Below, piece by piece: positions 18,018 to 28,144 of a stretch of DNA of 64,000 bases. This stretch comes from Clostridia bacterium (GTDB taxonomy: Bacteria; Bacillota; Clostridia; JAAYHZ01): the NCBI GenBank assembly GCA_050950825.1, contig JBMNIH010000004.1, forward strand, positions 480,001 through 544,000. The letters are read 5' to 3'. The position numbers and the translations under genes are program-made. The first letter of the stretch is position 1. Each line of letters starts with the position of its first letter. The notes under the pieces were generated by a model, which worked only from the letters and a program-made list of their open reading frames with translations, made no database searches and was not told the DNA's origin.

Positions 18018-19775
18018 ATGAACATGGTGAATGTTACGATAGATGGAATCAAGGTTCAGGTCCCCGAGAATTCAACCGTTTTAGAAGCAGCCAGAATTGC
18101 AAAGGTTGACATTCCTACTCTTTGTTACTTAAAGGATATCAACGAAATCGGTGCATGCAGAATGTGCGTTGTAGACGTAGGAGCAAGAAGCTTGCAAGCT
18201 GCATGCGTATACCCGGTATCCGAAGGCCTGAATGTGAAGACCAATACAAAGGAAATCCGTGATGCCAGAAGAATCACGTTGGAATTGATTCTTTCGAGCC
18301 ACGATAGAAACTGTCTGCAGTGCGTTCGTAACAAAAGCTGCGAATTGCAGAGCTTGGCAGATAATTTGAATATACGCGAAATTCGGTATATGGGTACGGA
18401 AGAGAAGAAAAAGCCCTTGGATGATTTCTCCGCCTCCATAGTCCGTGATCCGAATAAATGTATCTTGTGCAGACGCTGTGTATCCATGTGTAAGAACGTG
18501 CAGACCGTTGCCGTCATTGATACGATGGAACGCGGATATAAAACCATTGTTTCTCCGGCTTTTGAAAAGTCCTTGAGCGAAGTGGCTTGCGTAAACTGCG
18601 GACAATGCATCAACGTATGCCCGGTAGGAGCTTTAAGTGAAAAAGGCGAAGTGGCGAAGGTATGGGAAGCTTTGGCCAACCCGGATCTCCATGTAATCGT
18701 TCAAACGGCTCCTGCGGTCAGAGCGGCCATCGGAGAAGAATTCGGATTGCCGATCGGCACAAGAGCGACGAAAAATATGGTGGCTTCTTTGAAGAAGCTT
18801 GGATTTGACAAGGTATTTGATACCAATACCGCTGCCGATTTGACCATTATGGAAGAAGGAACGGAATTGATTCACCGAATCCAAGAAGGCGGAAAGCTGC
18901 CGTTGATTACATCCTGCAGCCCCGGTTGGATCAAATTCTGCGAACATAATTTCCCGGAATTGCTTGACAACTTGTCTACCTGCAAATCTCCTCACCAAAT
19001 GTTCGGAGCCATTTTGAAGTCCTATTACGCGGATAAAATGGGTATAGATCCTTCCAAGATCTTCGTGGTATCGGTAATGCCTTGTACCGCTAAGAAGTTT
19101 GAAAGTGAACGCCCGGAAATGAATGTCAACGGACTCAAGGACGTGGATGCCGTTATCACCACAAGAGAATTGGCTACAATGATAAAAGAAGCCGGAATCA
19201 ACTTCAACGAAGTATCCGACGAGCACTTTGATGATCCGATGGGCGACGCGACCGGTGCCGGCGTTATTTTCGGTGCGACCGGCGGTGTTATGGAAGCGGC
19301 TATTCGTACCGCCTACAGGCTTTTGGAGGGTGAAGAGCTGGAAGACGTAAACATCTGTGAAGCCAGAGGCTTGGACGGCATTAAGGAATTTACCGTAAAA
19401 CTGCCGAATACCGGCATCGAGTTAAAGGCGGCCGTTGCACACGGATTAGGCAATGCTCGCAAGCTAATGGAAAAAGTTCGATCCGGTGAAGCGGACTATC
19501 ACTTCATCGAAGTGATGGCATGCCCCGGCGGTTGCGTAAACGGCGGAGGACAGCCCATTCAACCGGCAAGCGTAAGAAACTGCATTGATTTAAGAGCCGA
19601 AAGAGCCAAAGCTATCTACGAAGAAGACGAAGCTTCCGTATTGAGAAGATCTCATGAAAATCCGACCATACAGAAGCTGTATGCGGAATTTTTGGGTCAG
19701 CCTTGCGGGGAAAAATCCCATCACTTGCTGCATACCCATTACGTCAAACGGGATTTATATCCTACGGAAGATTAA
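18018..19775 (+). CDS. hydA: [FeFe]-hydrogenase catalytic subunit (group A3, HydA/HndD)
   Basis: H-cluster motifs TSCSPGW, MPCTAKKFE, EVMACPGGCVNGGG; N-terminal 2Fe-2S, His-ligated 4Fe-4S and 2x4Fe-4S; C-terminal HHLLHT. Confidence 0.95.
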   Translation: MNMVNVTIDGIKVQVPENSTVLEAARIAKVDIPTLCYLKDINEIGACRMCVVDVGARSLQAACVYPVSEGLNVKTNTKEIRDARRITLELILSSHDRNCLQCVRNKSCELQSLADNLNIREIRYMGTEEKKKPLDDFSASIVRDPNKCILCRRCVSMCKNVQTVAVIDTMERGYKTIVSPAFEKSLSEVACVNCGQCINVCPVGALSEKGEVAKVWEALANPDLHVIVQTAPAVRAAIGEEFGLPIGTRATKNMVASLKKLGFDKVFDTNTAADLTIMEEGTELIHRIQEGGKLPLITSCSPGWIKFCEHNFPELLDNLSTCKSPHQMFGAILKSYYADKMGIDPSKIFVVSVMPCTAKKFESERPEMNVNGLKDVDAVITTRELATMIKEAGINFNEVSDEHFDDPMGDATGAGVIFGATGGVMEAAIRTAYRLLEGEELEDVNICEARGLDGIKEFTVKLPNTGIELKAAVAHGLGNARKLMEKVRSGEADYHFIEVMACPGGCVNGGGQPIQPASVRNCIDLRAERAKAIYEEDEASVLRRSHENPTIQKLYAEFLGQPCGEKSHHLLHTHYVKRDLYPTED

Positions 19776-19884
19776 AATCGCAAAAAACGCAATCAACAAA
19801 GCAATTGTTTAAACATACCAACCACAAAGAAAGGGTTATTTCCTAAAAAGGAATAACCTTTTCTTTTTAATTTTTTTATAGGGT

Positions 19885-21000
19885 TTAACGGCGGAACAGG
19901 GAGGCAAGCCGGCGGAGGCGCGGCAAGCATTGATCGAAAAAGGATCGGTAGGAACTGCAGTAGATGTTCAATCCGGGTTTTCCTTCCGTGAAAGGTTCTC
20001 TGTAGCGTTTGCATCCGCCTCGGCATACGGGATAAAAAGGACATGCCCGGCAAGCCGGATCCACATGAAAGGATTCTTTGATAAAAGCTTGGGCTTGAGG
20101 GGATTGAAAAAGCTCATCGATGGAAAGGTCTTTAATGTTTCCCATGCAACAGCGGTCGATGCAGTAAAAGTCGCAGGGATATACGTTCCCGTTTCCTTCC
20201 ACCACGAACTGGCAAGCACAAATTCCGGACATGCCGCAGGATTCGGGAGGTTGACCCATGAGCATTTGAACCAAATTGTCAAAATAGCGAATGCTGACAT
20301 ATTGATTTTCCGTTGCCGATTTGTAGTACAGATCGAAAAGCTGTATAAGGAATTTTTCGTAAAGCTCGGGAGTCAGCGAATAAGGATTTTGTCCTTGGAC
20401 TTGCTCCAAAGGATCCAAACAGGGTATGAACTGCAGATATCGAAAGCCGTTCTTTTTGAAAAAGTTAAAGACCTTTTGGATATGCTGTGCAACCGCCTTA
20501 TTCACTACCGTCAATATGTTATACTCCGCCCCGTGTTTGTCCAAAATTTCGATGCCTCTCATAACACGGTTAAAGCTACCCGATTGGCGTCCGTCTTTTC
20601 GATTTAAATCGTGAATTTCTTTCGGTCCGTCTAAGGAAACCCCGATAAGGAACCGGTGCTCTGCCAAAAAAGACGCCCAATTCTCATCGATTAAGGTCCC
20701 GTTGGTTTGTATAACATATTGAACCGTTATATTTCTATCGTTGTATTTTTCCACCGTTTTAATAAGGGTTTCGTAAAATTCTAAACCCGCTAAAAAAGGT
20801 TCTCCCCCTTGAAAGGCGAACAAAACGGAATCCGCACCGGATGCCAAGGCTTTTGAAACCGTGCTTTCCATAATATCTTCGGACATAATGCCGAAATTTC
20901 CGGCTTCCCGTATGGAGGTGAGATCATGGTAAAAGCAGTAGCTGCACCTTAGGTTGCAGTGCCCGGACGCCGGTTTAATCAACAAGCTTAAATTCTTCAT
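19885..21000 (-). CDS. Anaerobic sulfatase-maturating radical SAM/SPASM enzyme (anSME/AslB family)
   Basis: KPASGHCNLRCSYCFY, FQGGEP, QTNG, SPASM cysteines (C..C..YPCDF...CRACPFYPVCRGGC...YC). Confidence 0.92.
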   Translation of the reverse strand: MKNLSLLIKPASGHCNLRCSYCFYHDLTSIREAGNFGIMSEDIMESTVSKALASGADSVLFAFQGGEPFLAGLEFYETLIKTVEKYNDRNITVQYVIQTNGTLIDENWASFLAEHRFLIGVSLDGPKEIHDLNRKDGRQSGSFNRVMRGIEILDKHGAEYNILTVVNKAVAQHIQKVFNFFKKNGFRYLQFIPCLDPLEQVQGQNPYSLTPELYEKFLIQLFDLYYKSATENQYVSIRYFDNLVQMLMGQPPESCGMSGICACQFVVEGNGNVYPCDFYCIDRCCMGNIKDLSIDELFQSPQAQAFIKESFHVDPACRACPFYPVCRGGCKRYREPFTEGKPGLNIYCSSYRSFFDQCLPRLRRLASLFRR

Positions 21001-21056
21001 ACCTTTTCAACCTTTCTTTTACCCATGGTTTTCACGGCGAATATCCGTTCTTATGC

Positions 21057-21266
21057 AAAAACAATGAGTCGGAGGGGGGTCCGACTCATTTACTATAGAG
21101 GCAGTCGTATTCGGTTAAGGAGGATAGCTAACGAAACGGCAAAATAAGACGGGTCATCTTCTAAGGGGAAAATATTTAAAGGCTTAAGATATTAAGGACA
21201 TGACCGTTTCGCCTCAGTTACAATATTCGACTTTGTAACACCCGATAATACTCACCTCTACAACCT
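21057..21266 (-). ncRNA. Candidate structured non-coding RNA / cis-regulatory leader (family not recognised)
   Basis: Minus-strand TTGACT(21300-21295)-16 nt-TATAAT(21278-21273), nested complementary segments and an 11-bp terminator hairpin with U-tail; no ORF of 60 aa or more in the track. Confidence 0.6.
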
Positions 21267-21542
21267 GAATTTATTATATCCTAACTGTAAAAAAAGTCAA
21301 CGTGAAATTCATGTATAGCTCTATAGATTTACGCCGGAAAGCATGATAAAATCATCGATAATCCGGAAGAAAGGCGGGAAAGCCAAGGATTTTCATTTGG
21401 GAAATCGGAGAATATTGTGAAAAGCAAGGAAAAGGGTATGCATGTCAGGGTTTATGTGTTATAATTTAAATAATATAATATAAACTATAATAATTTTAAT
21501 ATTAAATCAAAGCGGAATAAATTTTTGGACAAGGTGGAGTAT

Positions 21543-22940
21543 ATGACCGAAAGAACAGAAATAAAACAACTATTTAAGAATTACCAAGAATGGAACGGTA
21601 GAGTATTTCATGTTACGGGATGGGTTCGAACCATCCGAAGCTCCAGTGCAATCGGATTTATCGAATTAAACGACGGATCGTATTTTCGCAACGTACAAGT
21701 TGTATTTGAAAATGATAAAATAGAAAATTTCAAGGAAGTAGAGAAGCTGAATGTGGGAGCTTCCATTCGGGTAACCGGTGTTTTGGAAGTTACCGTCAAT
21801 ATGAAGCAGCCTTTTGAATTAAAAGCAAGAGAAATCATTATCGAAGGCGAAAGCTCACCCGCTTATCCTCTGCAGAAAAAAAGACATTCCTTTGAATATT
21901 TAAGAACCATTGCGCACCTTCGACCTCGAACCAATACTTTCTCGGCGGTATTTCGCGTGCGCTCGATCATGTCTCACGCAATTCATACTTTCTTCCAAGA
22001 TCGAGGCTTTGTTTATGTGCACACTCCCATCATTACCGGCAGCGATTGCGAAGGAGCCGGTGAAATGTTCCGAGTGACAACCTTGGACCCTGAAAATCCG
22101 CCCAGAGACAAGGAAGGGAAGGTGGATTTTTCAAAAGACTTTTTCGGAACGCTTACCGGATTGACCGTCAGCGGGCAATTGAACGTAGAGGCCTTTTGCA
22201 TGGCCTTCGGAAAAGTCTATACCTTCGGTCCCACTTTCCGTGCGGAAAACTCCAATACGGCAAGACACGCATCGGAATTCTGGATGATCGAACCGGAAAT
22301 GGCCTTCGCCGAGCTTGAAGACGACATGAATTTAGGGGAGGAAATGCTGAAGTACATTATCCGTTATGTTCTGGACCATGCTCCCGAAGAAATGGAATTC
22401 TTCAACAGCTTCATCGATAAAGGCTTGTTTGAGCGGTTGGATAATGTGTTGGAATCGAAATTTGACCGCATTACCTATACGGATGCCATACAAATTTTAA
22501 AGGATTCGAAGAAGGAATTTGAAAATCCGGTTTTCTGGGGCTGTGACCTGCAAACGGAACATGAACGCTTCCTTGCGGAAGAATACTGCAAAAAGCCGGT
22601 TTTCGTTACGAACTATCCGAAAGAAATCAAAGCTTTCTATATGAGGCTGAACGACGACGGAAAAACCGTTGCCGCCATGGACTTGTTGGTTCCCGGTGTC
22701 GGCGAAATTATCGGCGGAAGCCAAAGAGAAGAACGCTTGGAGGTATTGGAAGGAACCATAAAGCGCCTTGGAATGAATATCGAAGATTATTGGTGGTATA
22801 ACGATTTAAGAAGATACGGTACCGTTAAGCATTGTGGATTCGGGTTAGGTTTTGAAAGAGCCATGATGTATATGACAGGTATGACCAATATTCGTGACGT
22901 GATACCTTACCCGAGAACACCCAAATCGGCAGACTTTTAA
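21543..22940 (+). CDS. asnS: Asparagine--tRNA ligase
   Basis: [53 protein letters not shown]. Confidence 0.97.
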   Translation: MTERTEIKQLFKNYQEWNGRVFHVTGWVRTIRSSSAIGFIELNDGSYFRNVQVVFENDKIENFKEVEKLNVGASIRVTGVLEVTVNMKQPFELKAREIIIEGESSPAYPLQKKRHSFEYLRTIAHLRPRTNTFSAVFRVRSIMSHAIHTFFQDRGFVYVHTPIITGSDCEGAGEMFRVTTLDPENPPRDKEGKVDFSKDFFGTLTGLTVSGQLNVEAFCMAFGKVYTFGPTFRAENSNTARHASEFWMIEPEMAFAELEDDMNLGEEMLKYIIRYVLDHAPEEMEFFNSFIDKGLFERLDNVLESKFDRITYTDAIQILKDSKKEFENPVFWGCDLQTEHERFLAEEYCKKPVFVTNYPKEIKAFYMRLNDDGKTVAAMDLLVPGVGEIIGGSQREERLEVLEGTIKRLGMNIEDYWWYNDLRRYGTVKHCGFGLGFERAMMYMTGMTNIRDVIPYPRTPKSADF

Positions 22941-22984
22941 TGGTTATTATACAAGCAAAAAAATTTAAAAATGGAGGTAGCAAC

Positions 22985-23359
22985 ATGAACGAATTAGTGA
23001 ACACGAAAGCAATGGATACCGTGAAGATTGCGGATGAAGTGGTAGCGACCATTGCCGGTATTACTGCGTTGGAAGTGGAAAATATTACATTGAACGCAGG
23101 CGGCGGATTATTAAGCAAAAAAACATCTGCGAAAGGTGTGAAGGTGGAGTCAAAAGAAGACGGTCTGCATCTGTATATGAATGCAACGGTAAAATACGGT
23201 TGCAAAATTCATATCGTCGCACAAACGCTGCAACAAAGAGTTCGTAAAGCCGTTGAAGATATGACGGGATTAAACGTCGTATCCGTTAATGTCAATGTTA
23301 CCAATATCATTGAAGAAGAATTACCTGCAGAAACCCACAAGGAAAACAATGATGAATAG
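22985..23359 (+). CDS. Asp23/Gls24 family protein
   Basis: VKIADEVVATIAG...KGVKV...VKYG...Q..V...VEDMTGL.V..VNVNV. Confidence 0.9.
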   Translation: MNELVNTKAMDTVKIADEVVATIAGITALEVENITLNAGGGLLSKKTSAKGVKVESKEDGLHLYMNATVKYGCKIHIVAQTLQQRVRKAVEDMTGLNVVSVNVNVTNIIEEELPAETHKENNDE

Positions 23360-23548
23360 GTTAAACGTACCATTCTCCTCCCTCCTTATCGGAGGGGTTT
23401 TTTATTCGTATTTCATTGTTTCGCCGATGCTGTGCTATAATAAAACGGATAAAGCTTTCGGAATGAACCGAAAGATAAACGAAACGGGCAAAAGCGTCAT
23501 ATGAAGGAGGCTTTCGCTCTTTATAATAATAAACGGAGGTACCGATTC

Positions 23549-25009
23549 ATGTCCGATCAAAGACCGAACGTTGTATTGATTATGGCCGACCAACTACGAG
23601 CCGACTGTTTAGGTTGTTACGGAAACAAGGCCGTTGAAACGGAATACATCGACTATTTGGCATCGGAGGGCACCTTGTTTGAAAACGCCTACAGCCCCAG
23701 CCCTTCCTGTATTCCTGCAAGAACCTGTTTGATGACCGGAATGACTCCTTGGAACACCGGTATCTTGGGTATGGGGGAAGGCCAAGGAAGAGTGACCACG
23801 GGTTTTGCCCATACGCTCCCGGGCGAGCTTTCGAATGCCGGTTATCATACGCAAGGTGTAGGAAAGATGCATTTTTCCCCCCAACGATCTCTAAACGGAT
23901 TCCATCATACGGTTCTCGACGAATCCTTACGTAAAGAAGACAAGAATTTTAAATCGGATTATCATGAATGGTTCGAAAAAAACAGAACCGGAGATTACGG
24001 TCCCGTTGACCACGGGATTTCTTTCAATTCTTGGATGGCAAGGCCCTTCCAAGCACCGGAATTTCTTCATCCTACCAATTGGACCGTAAACCAAGCCATT
24101 TCCTTTTTGGAACGTAGAGATCCTTCCAAGCCCTTCTTTTTGAAAGTTTCCTTCGCACGTCCCCACTCTCCTTATGATCCTCCCTTATGGTATTACGAAA
24201 AGTACAAAAGCAAAGATTTGCCCTTGCCGTATATAGGGGATTGGGCTCATATCCACGACGATGAAAGATTTGCGAAAAATCCGGATGCATGGCACGGACG
24301 GCTTCCCATAGAAAAGGTGATGGAGGCCCGTGCCGGGTACTACGGATCCATTCATCATATCGATCACCAAATCGGTAGATTGATGCAGTTTATGTCTCGG
24401 TACATGAAAAGCGAAATGAACAATACCATGTTCATCTTTACTTCCGACCACGGTGACATGTTAGGGGATCACCACATGTGGAGAAAAACATACGCTTACG
24501 AAGGCTCCGCCCGCATCCCTCTCATTGTGAAGCTGCCTTCGAGCATGAAAATAAAACAGGCGGAAATATGCGATAAACCGGTCACCTTATACGACATCAT
24601 GCCTACCGTTTTGGACCTTGTCGGAGCTCCCATTCCTTCTACGGTAAACGGGGCGAGTCTTTTGCCTTTGACACAAGGCAAGGATGCTCCTTGGAGAGAC
24701 GTGGTTCACGGCGAGCACAGCGCCTGCTATTCAAAAGAAGAAGAAATGCAATTTGTTACCGACGGGAAATTCAAATACATATGGTTCCCGAGAACGGGTA
24801 GAGAGCAGTTCTTCCGATTGACGGAGGACCGTTCCGAAAGCAAGGACTTGATTCATGACCCGAGCTATTCCGACGTTATATGTCGCTACAGGAGCCGGCT
24901 GATTGAAATATTGAGAGAAAGAAACATAGGGCTCACCGACGAGAACGGTCTTACCGTTCAGTCGAAGCCTATCGTTTCACCGGAATATGCAAAAAGGGTT
25001 AAAACATAA
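23549..25009 (+). CDS. Cys-type (formylglycine) sulfatase, no signal peptide
   Basis: PNVVLIMADQ, C-I-P-A-R (CxPxR), GKMH, PHSPY, TSDHG...H...K. Confidence 0.92.
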   Translation: MSDQRPNVVLIMADQLRADCLGCYGNKAVETEYIDYLASEGTLFENAYSPSPSCIPARTCLMTGMTPWNTGILGMGEGQGRVTTGFAHTLPGELSNAGYHTQGVGKMHFSPQRSLNGFHHTVLDESLRKEDKNFKSDYHEWFEKNRTGDYGPVDHGISFNSWMARPFQAPEFLHPTNWTVNQAISFLERRDPSKPFFLKVSFARPHSPYDPPLWYYEKYKSKDLPLPYIGDWAHIHDDERFAKNPDAWHGRLPIEKVMEARAGYYGSIHHIDHQIGRLMQFMSRYMKSEMNNTMFIFTSDHGDMLGDHHMWRKTYAYEGSARIPLIVKLPSSMKIKQAEICDKPVTLYDIMPTVLDLVGAPIPSTVNGASLLPLTQGKDAPWRDVVHGEHSACYSKEEEMQFVTDGKFKYIWFPRTGREQFFRLTEDRSESKDLIHDPSYSDVICRYRSRLIEILRERNIGLTDENGLTVQSKPIVSPEYAKRVKT

Positions 25010-25037
25010 CTTGATAAATATAAAGGGAGAAGTAAAA

Positions 25038-28000
25038 ATGCACGGCGGTAATTATTTTAACGAAAACAAAAAGTCAATCATTCGCTCCAACATCGAAAAG
25101 TATGCTTGGGCAAAAGAACTGGCGGCACAAACGACGGAAAAAGCGGACAGAATGCTGAAATTCGGGAAAAGGTTTTGGTGGACTCTACCCACTCCCCAAG
25201 AGCTTCCGAGAAGCTCCAACCCTTGCCAAACGAATTACGGCTGTCCCGTATGCGGAGAAGAGATTCTTTTAAAATACGGAGCTACCGGTTGGATTCATTT
25301 GATCGAGGACAACCCGTGGAAAACCCAATGCCCGAACTGTAAAAGCATCTTTCCCGCTAACGACTTTAAAAGTTATTATGAAAGCGGTCTGGACGAGCGG
25401 GGAATTTTCCGAAAAGAATTGGCGGACAAATCTTTCTTAGTCAATACGCTTTATCCCGACAAAGGCGAAGACTATTTTGTCGACGACGGGACCGGATATA
25501 CGGATGCCAACGGAATCTTTTGGTCCTTTATACCTCAATATATCCACTATGCCATCTGGTTGGACGTCCACAACATCGGCGGAACCGATAACGGATTCAT
25601 AACCAACGGGCTGAAGCATTTGAGCGAGGCTTGGATCTATACCGGGGATTTAAAATACGCCTTGTACGTATTGATGATTCTGTACAAGGTATCCATGGTA
25701 TATCCGGATATGGACTTAAATCTTTACATGAGACTTCCCGGGCGGCCCTATCGAAACAGCGACGGATTTTCGCTGCAAGGTAAAGTCGTCGGCAGCATTT
25801 GGGAAACCTTCTCCGCACGTATTTTCTGTTATGCCGCCGATGCGGTGCTGCCGGTGCTGAGAGAATATCCCCAAGAAGTTACAAGCTTTTTTAAGGACGT
25901 TTATCCCACGGATCCCGAAACCATTGAAAAATCCATATTAGACGGAATTGTACGTCAAGTGTACAAGGAAATTAAAAACGCTCGTATCGCAGGCAATGAA
26001 GGAATGCACCAATCCGCTTTGGCAATGGCCGCCGTATGTATGGGCCTTTGCGACGAATCGAGAGAATGGCTCGATTTTCTGTTCAAACCCGGAAAACGGA
26101 TTTTGGAACAGGATCCGATTATGGGCTTAAAAGGTTACTTTACCGGATGCAACGTTTTCGGTGTTTTGGAAAACAAGGTGAACGGCGACGGGTTAGGCGA
26201 CGAATGCTCTCTTATGTACAACCGCTTATGGATGGTGGAATTCGCTCGTTTAGCGGATATCTTGTCCGCTTACCCGGGTATAGCGGGATCGAAGTACGAT
26301 TTGAAAACCCATCCCGTCATGAAAAAAATGTATAAAAGCTACGTTCCTTTCGTAATCGACAACGATTATATACCGAAAACCGGAGATACGGGAAAAACGG
26401 GCAACCCGATGAAGGTATTCGACGGAGACAACCTGCAAAAGTTTTTATGGGACGGCTACCGGGTGACGAAGGATAAAGGCATTTTGGATCTTTTTAATAT
26501 ATCTTATCCTATGGCGAAAGAAGGCACATTCGGCTTTATTGACATTGAAAACCCGGAAGAAGCCGCAAGAATATTGCAAGAAGCCAAAGATCCGAAATCT
26601 CCCATGCACGAAAGGTCCCATAACATGACCGATTACGGAAACGCTCTGCTAAGGCAAAGGGTAAGACACGGATGCAATGTTCATATGTACTACGGCCGTA
26701 CCATGGGACACGGGCATTTGGATAAAATGAATTTCGAGATTATCGCCTACGGTATGAATTTTTCTCCCGACCACGGCTACCCGGAATATGCGGAAAACAT
26801 ACCTAGTCGATACGAATGGACCTCCAATACCGTAAGCCATAACACGGTCATGGTAGACCGAGCCGGGCAACTCAACACCAAGTATGCGGGAATCCCCTTA
26901 GGATACGAGGACGGAAAAAACATCAAATTTATCGATGCGGAAGACGTGAAGGCTTACGAGCAAGTGTCCATGTATCGGCGAACCCTGTGCCTTGTGGATA
27001 TTACCCCCGATAAGGCCTATATCGTGGATTTTTTCCGCGTGGCGGGAGGATCACGGCATGAAATCTCCTTCCACGGCGGAGAAGGAGAGGTTAAGATAAA
27101 GGGAGTCAGACTCATCGATCAACCTTCCGGAACCTTAAAAGGAGAAGACGTGCCTTACGGAGAAGTGAAAGGCTTCCAAAAAGGAGGAGGAAGAAAACGA
27201 GGGGACGGCTATTCCTTCTTGTATGATGTTCGAAAATCCGAAGTGCCCACCGATTATGTGGAGCTGACCTATGAACTGAAGGACACTTGGGGAATGCTTA
27301 CGGATAAGAACGCTAAGCCTTATTTAAAGGTCTACATGCCCGGAAGAAAGCATCGAACGGTGATAGCCAAAGGAAAGCCTCCTACAAACAAAATCGGAAA
27401 CCCGAAATTTTTGTACTATTACTTAGGAGAAAGAAAAGGAAACGATCTGAAAAGCCGATTTGTATCCGTTTACGAGCCCTTCTTAAATGAAGGCTTCATT
27501 CGGTCGGCGGAATTGTCGCCCGTCAATAACGAAAAAGAATCCTTTGAAAGAGGCTGTGTGAAGATAACCCTTTTGGACGGGTCCGTGGATTATGTAATTC
27601 ATTCCGTTGACGATGTGGAAATGAACATCAATAACATCGTAACCTTCCAAGGCCGCTTTGGCTTTTTGAGGGTGAAGGACGGAAAAGTGAAGAAAGCCTT
27701 TATGTGGAGAGGAAGCCGTTTGGCATATAACGGCAATACTTTACTTGAGATGAACAAGCCTTTCATAACGGGAACGGTGAAGGATTTTCAAAAGGAAATC
27801 AGCGACGAGCATTGGGTCGATTTGGTATTGGAGAAGCCCATCGACTCTTTGGAGGATGTTATAGGACGGTACGTTTATATCGACGGAAACGATGTGGGCA
27901 ATGCCGTATACGAGATCTTAGGCGTGGAAAAAACCCGTGAACCGAATACCTATCGATTCAACACCGCAGCCTCACCGGTGCGAGGATACGTTGACGATTG

Positions 28001-28088
28001 CGATCCTTCGAAAGGCTATATATATCGCTTCGGCGAAGGAGCAAAAGCGGAAATACCCCTGTATTGTGAAAGGGATTTTGAAGAATAG
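25038..28088 (+). CDS. Large heparinase II/III-like (polysaccharide lyase-like) protein with N-terminal zinc ribbon
   Basis: GHGHLD...PDHGYP...NTVSHNTVMVD...YRRTL...YIVDFFRVAGG of the Hepar_II_III C-terminal domain; GNEGMH and E-x-S-x-x-Y-N in the alpha domain; CPVC/CPNC near the N-terminus. Confidence 0.75.
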   Translation: MHGGNYFNENKKSIIRSNIEKYAWAKELAAQTTEKADRMLKFGKRFWWTLPTPQELPRSSNPCQTNYGCPVCGEEILLKYGATGWIHLIEDNPWKTQCPNCKSIFPANDFKSYYESGLDERGIFRKELADKSFLVNTLYPDKGEDYFVDDGTGYTDANGIFWSFIPQYIHYAIWLDVHNIGGTDNGFITNGLKHLSEAWIYTGDLKYALYVLMILYKVSMVYPDMDLNLYMRLPGRPYRNSDGFSLQGKVVGSIWETFSARIFCYAADAVLPVLREYPQEVTSFFKDVYPTDPETIEKSILDGIVRQVYKEIKNARIAGNEGMHQSALAMAAVCMGLCDESREWLDFLFKPGKRILEQDPIMGLKGYFTGCNVFGVLENKVNGDGLGDECSLMYNRLWMVEFARLADILSAYPGIAGSKYDLKTHPVMKKMYKSYVPFVIDNDYIPKTGDTGKTGNPMKVFDGDNLQKFLWDGYRVTKDKGILDLFNISYPMAKEGTFGFIDIENPEEAARILQEAKDPKSPMHERSHNMTDYGNALLRQRVRHGCNVHMYYGRTMGHGHLDKMNFEIIAYGMNFSPDHGYPEYAENIPSRYEWTSNTVSHNTVMVDRAGQLNTKYAGIPLGYEDGKNIKFIDAEDVKAYEQVSMYRRTLCLVDITPDKAYIVDFFRVAGGSRHEISFHGGEGEVKIKGVRLIDQPSGTLKGEDVPYGEVKGFQKGGGRKRGDGYSFLYDVRKSEVPTDYVELTYELKDTWGMLTDKNAKPYLKVYMPGRKHRTVIAKGKPPTNKIGNPKFLYYYLGERKGNDLKSRFVSVYEPFLNEGFIRSAELSPVNNEKESFERGCVKITLLDGSVDYVIHSVDDVEMNINNIVTFQGRFGFLRVKDGKVKKAFMWRGSRLAYNGNTLLEMNKPFITGTVKDFQKEISDEHWVDLVLEKPIDSLEDVIGRYVYIDGNDVGNAVYEILGVEKTREPNTYRFNTAASPVRGYVDDCDPSKGYIYRFGEGAKAEIPLYCERDFEE

Positions 28089-28144
28089 ATTTTGAATTTA
28101 AAACGACGCTTGGTTTTTTATATTCTCAAGCGTCGTTTTTTCAT

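Noticed and set aside
18125-20607. Long antisense ORFs (158-225 aa) opposite hydA and anSME, and similar ones opposite other conserved genes
   Set aside because: Fully overlap well-supported genes, have no motifs, and are expected from codon bias.
21061-21200. Plus-strand CsrB-like RNA with GGA loops
   Set aside because: Promoter and U-tailed terminator are oriented on the minus strand; the GGA tracts are the complement of C/U-rich loops.
21095-21263. Lysine riboswitch (AGAGGTG start on the minus strand)
   Set aside because: Lacks the GAAAGG/GCCGAA/ACTGTC/GGAGxGCT elements, and the downstream gene is not lysine related; kept as an unknown RNA instead.
21300-21542. T-box riboswitch upstream of asnS
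   Set aside because: No GGTGGNACC(G)CG T-box core or following terminator found.
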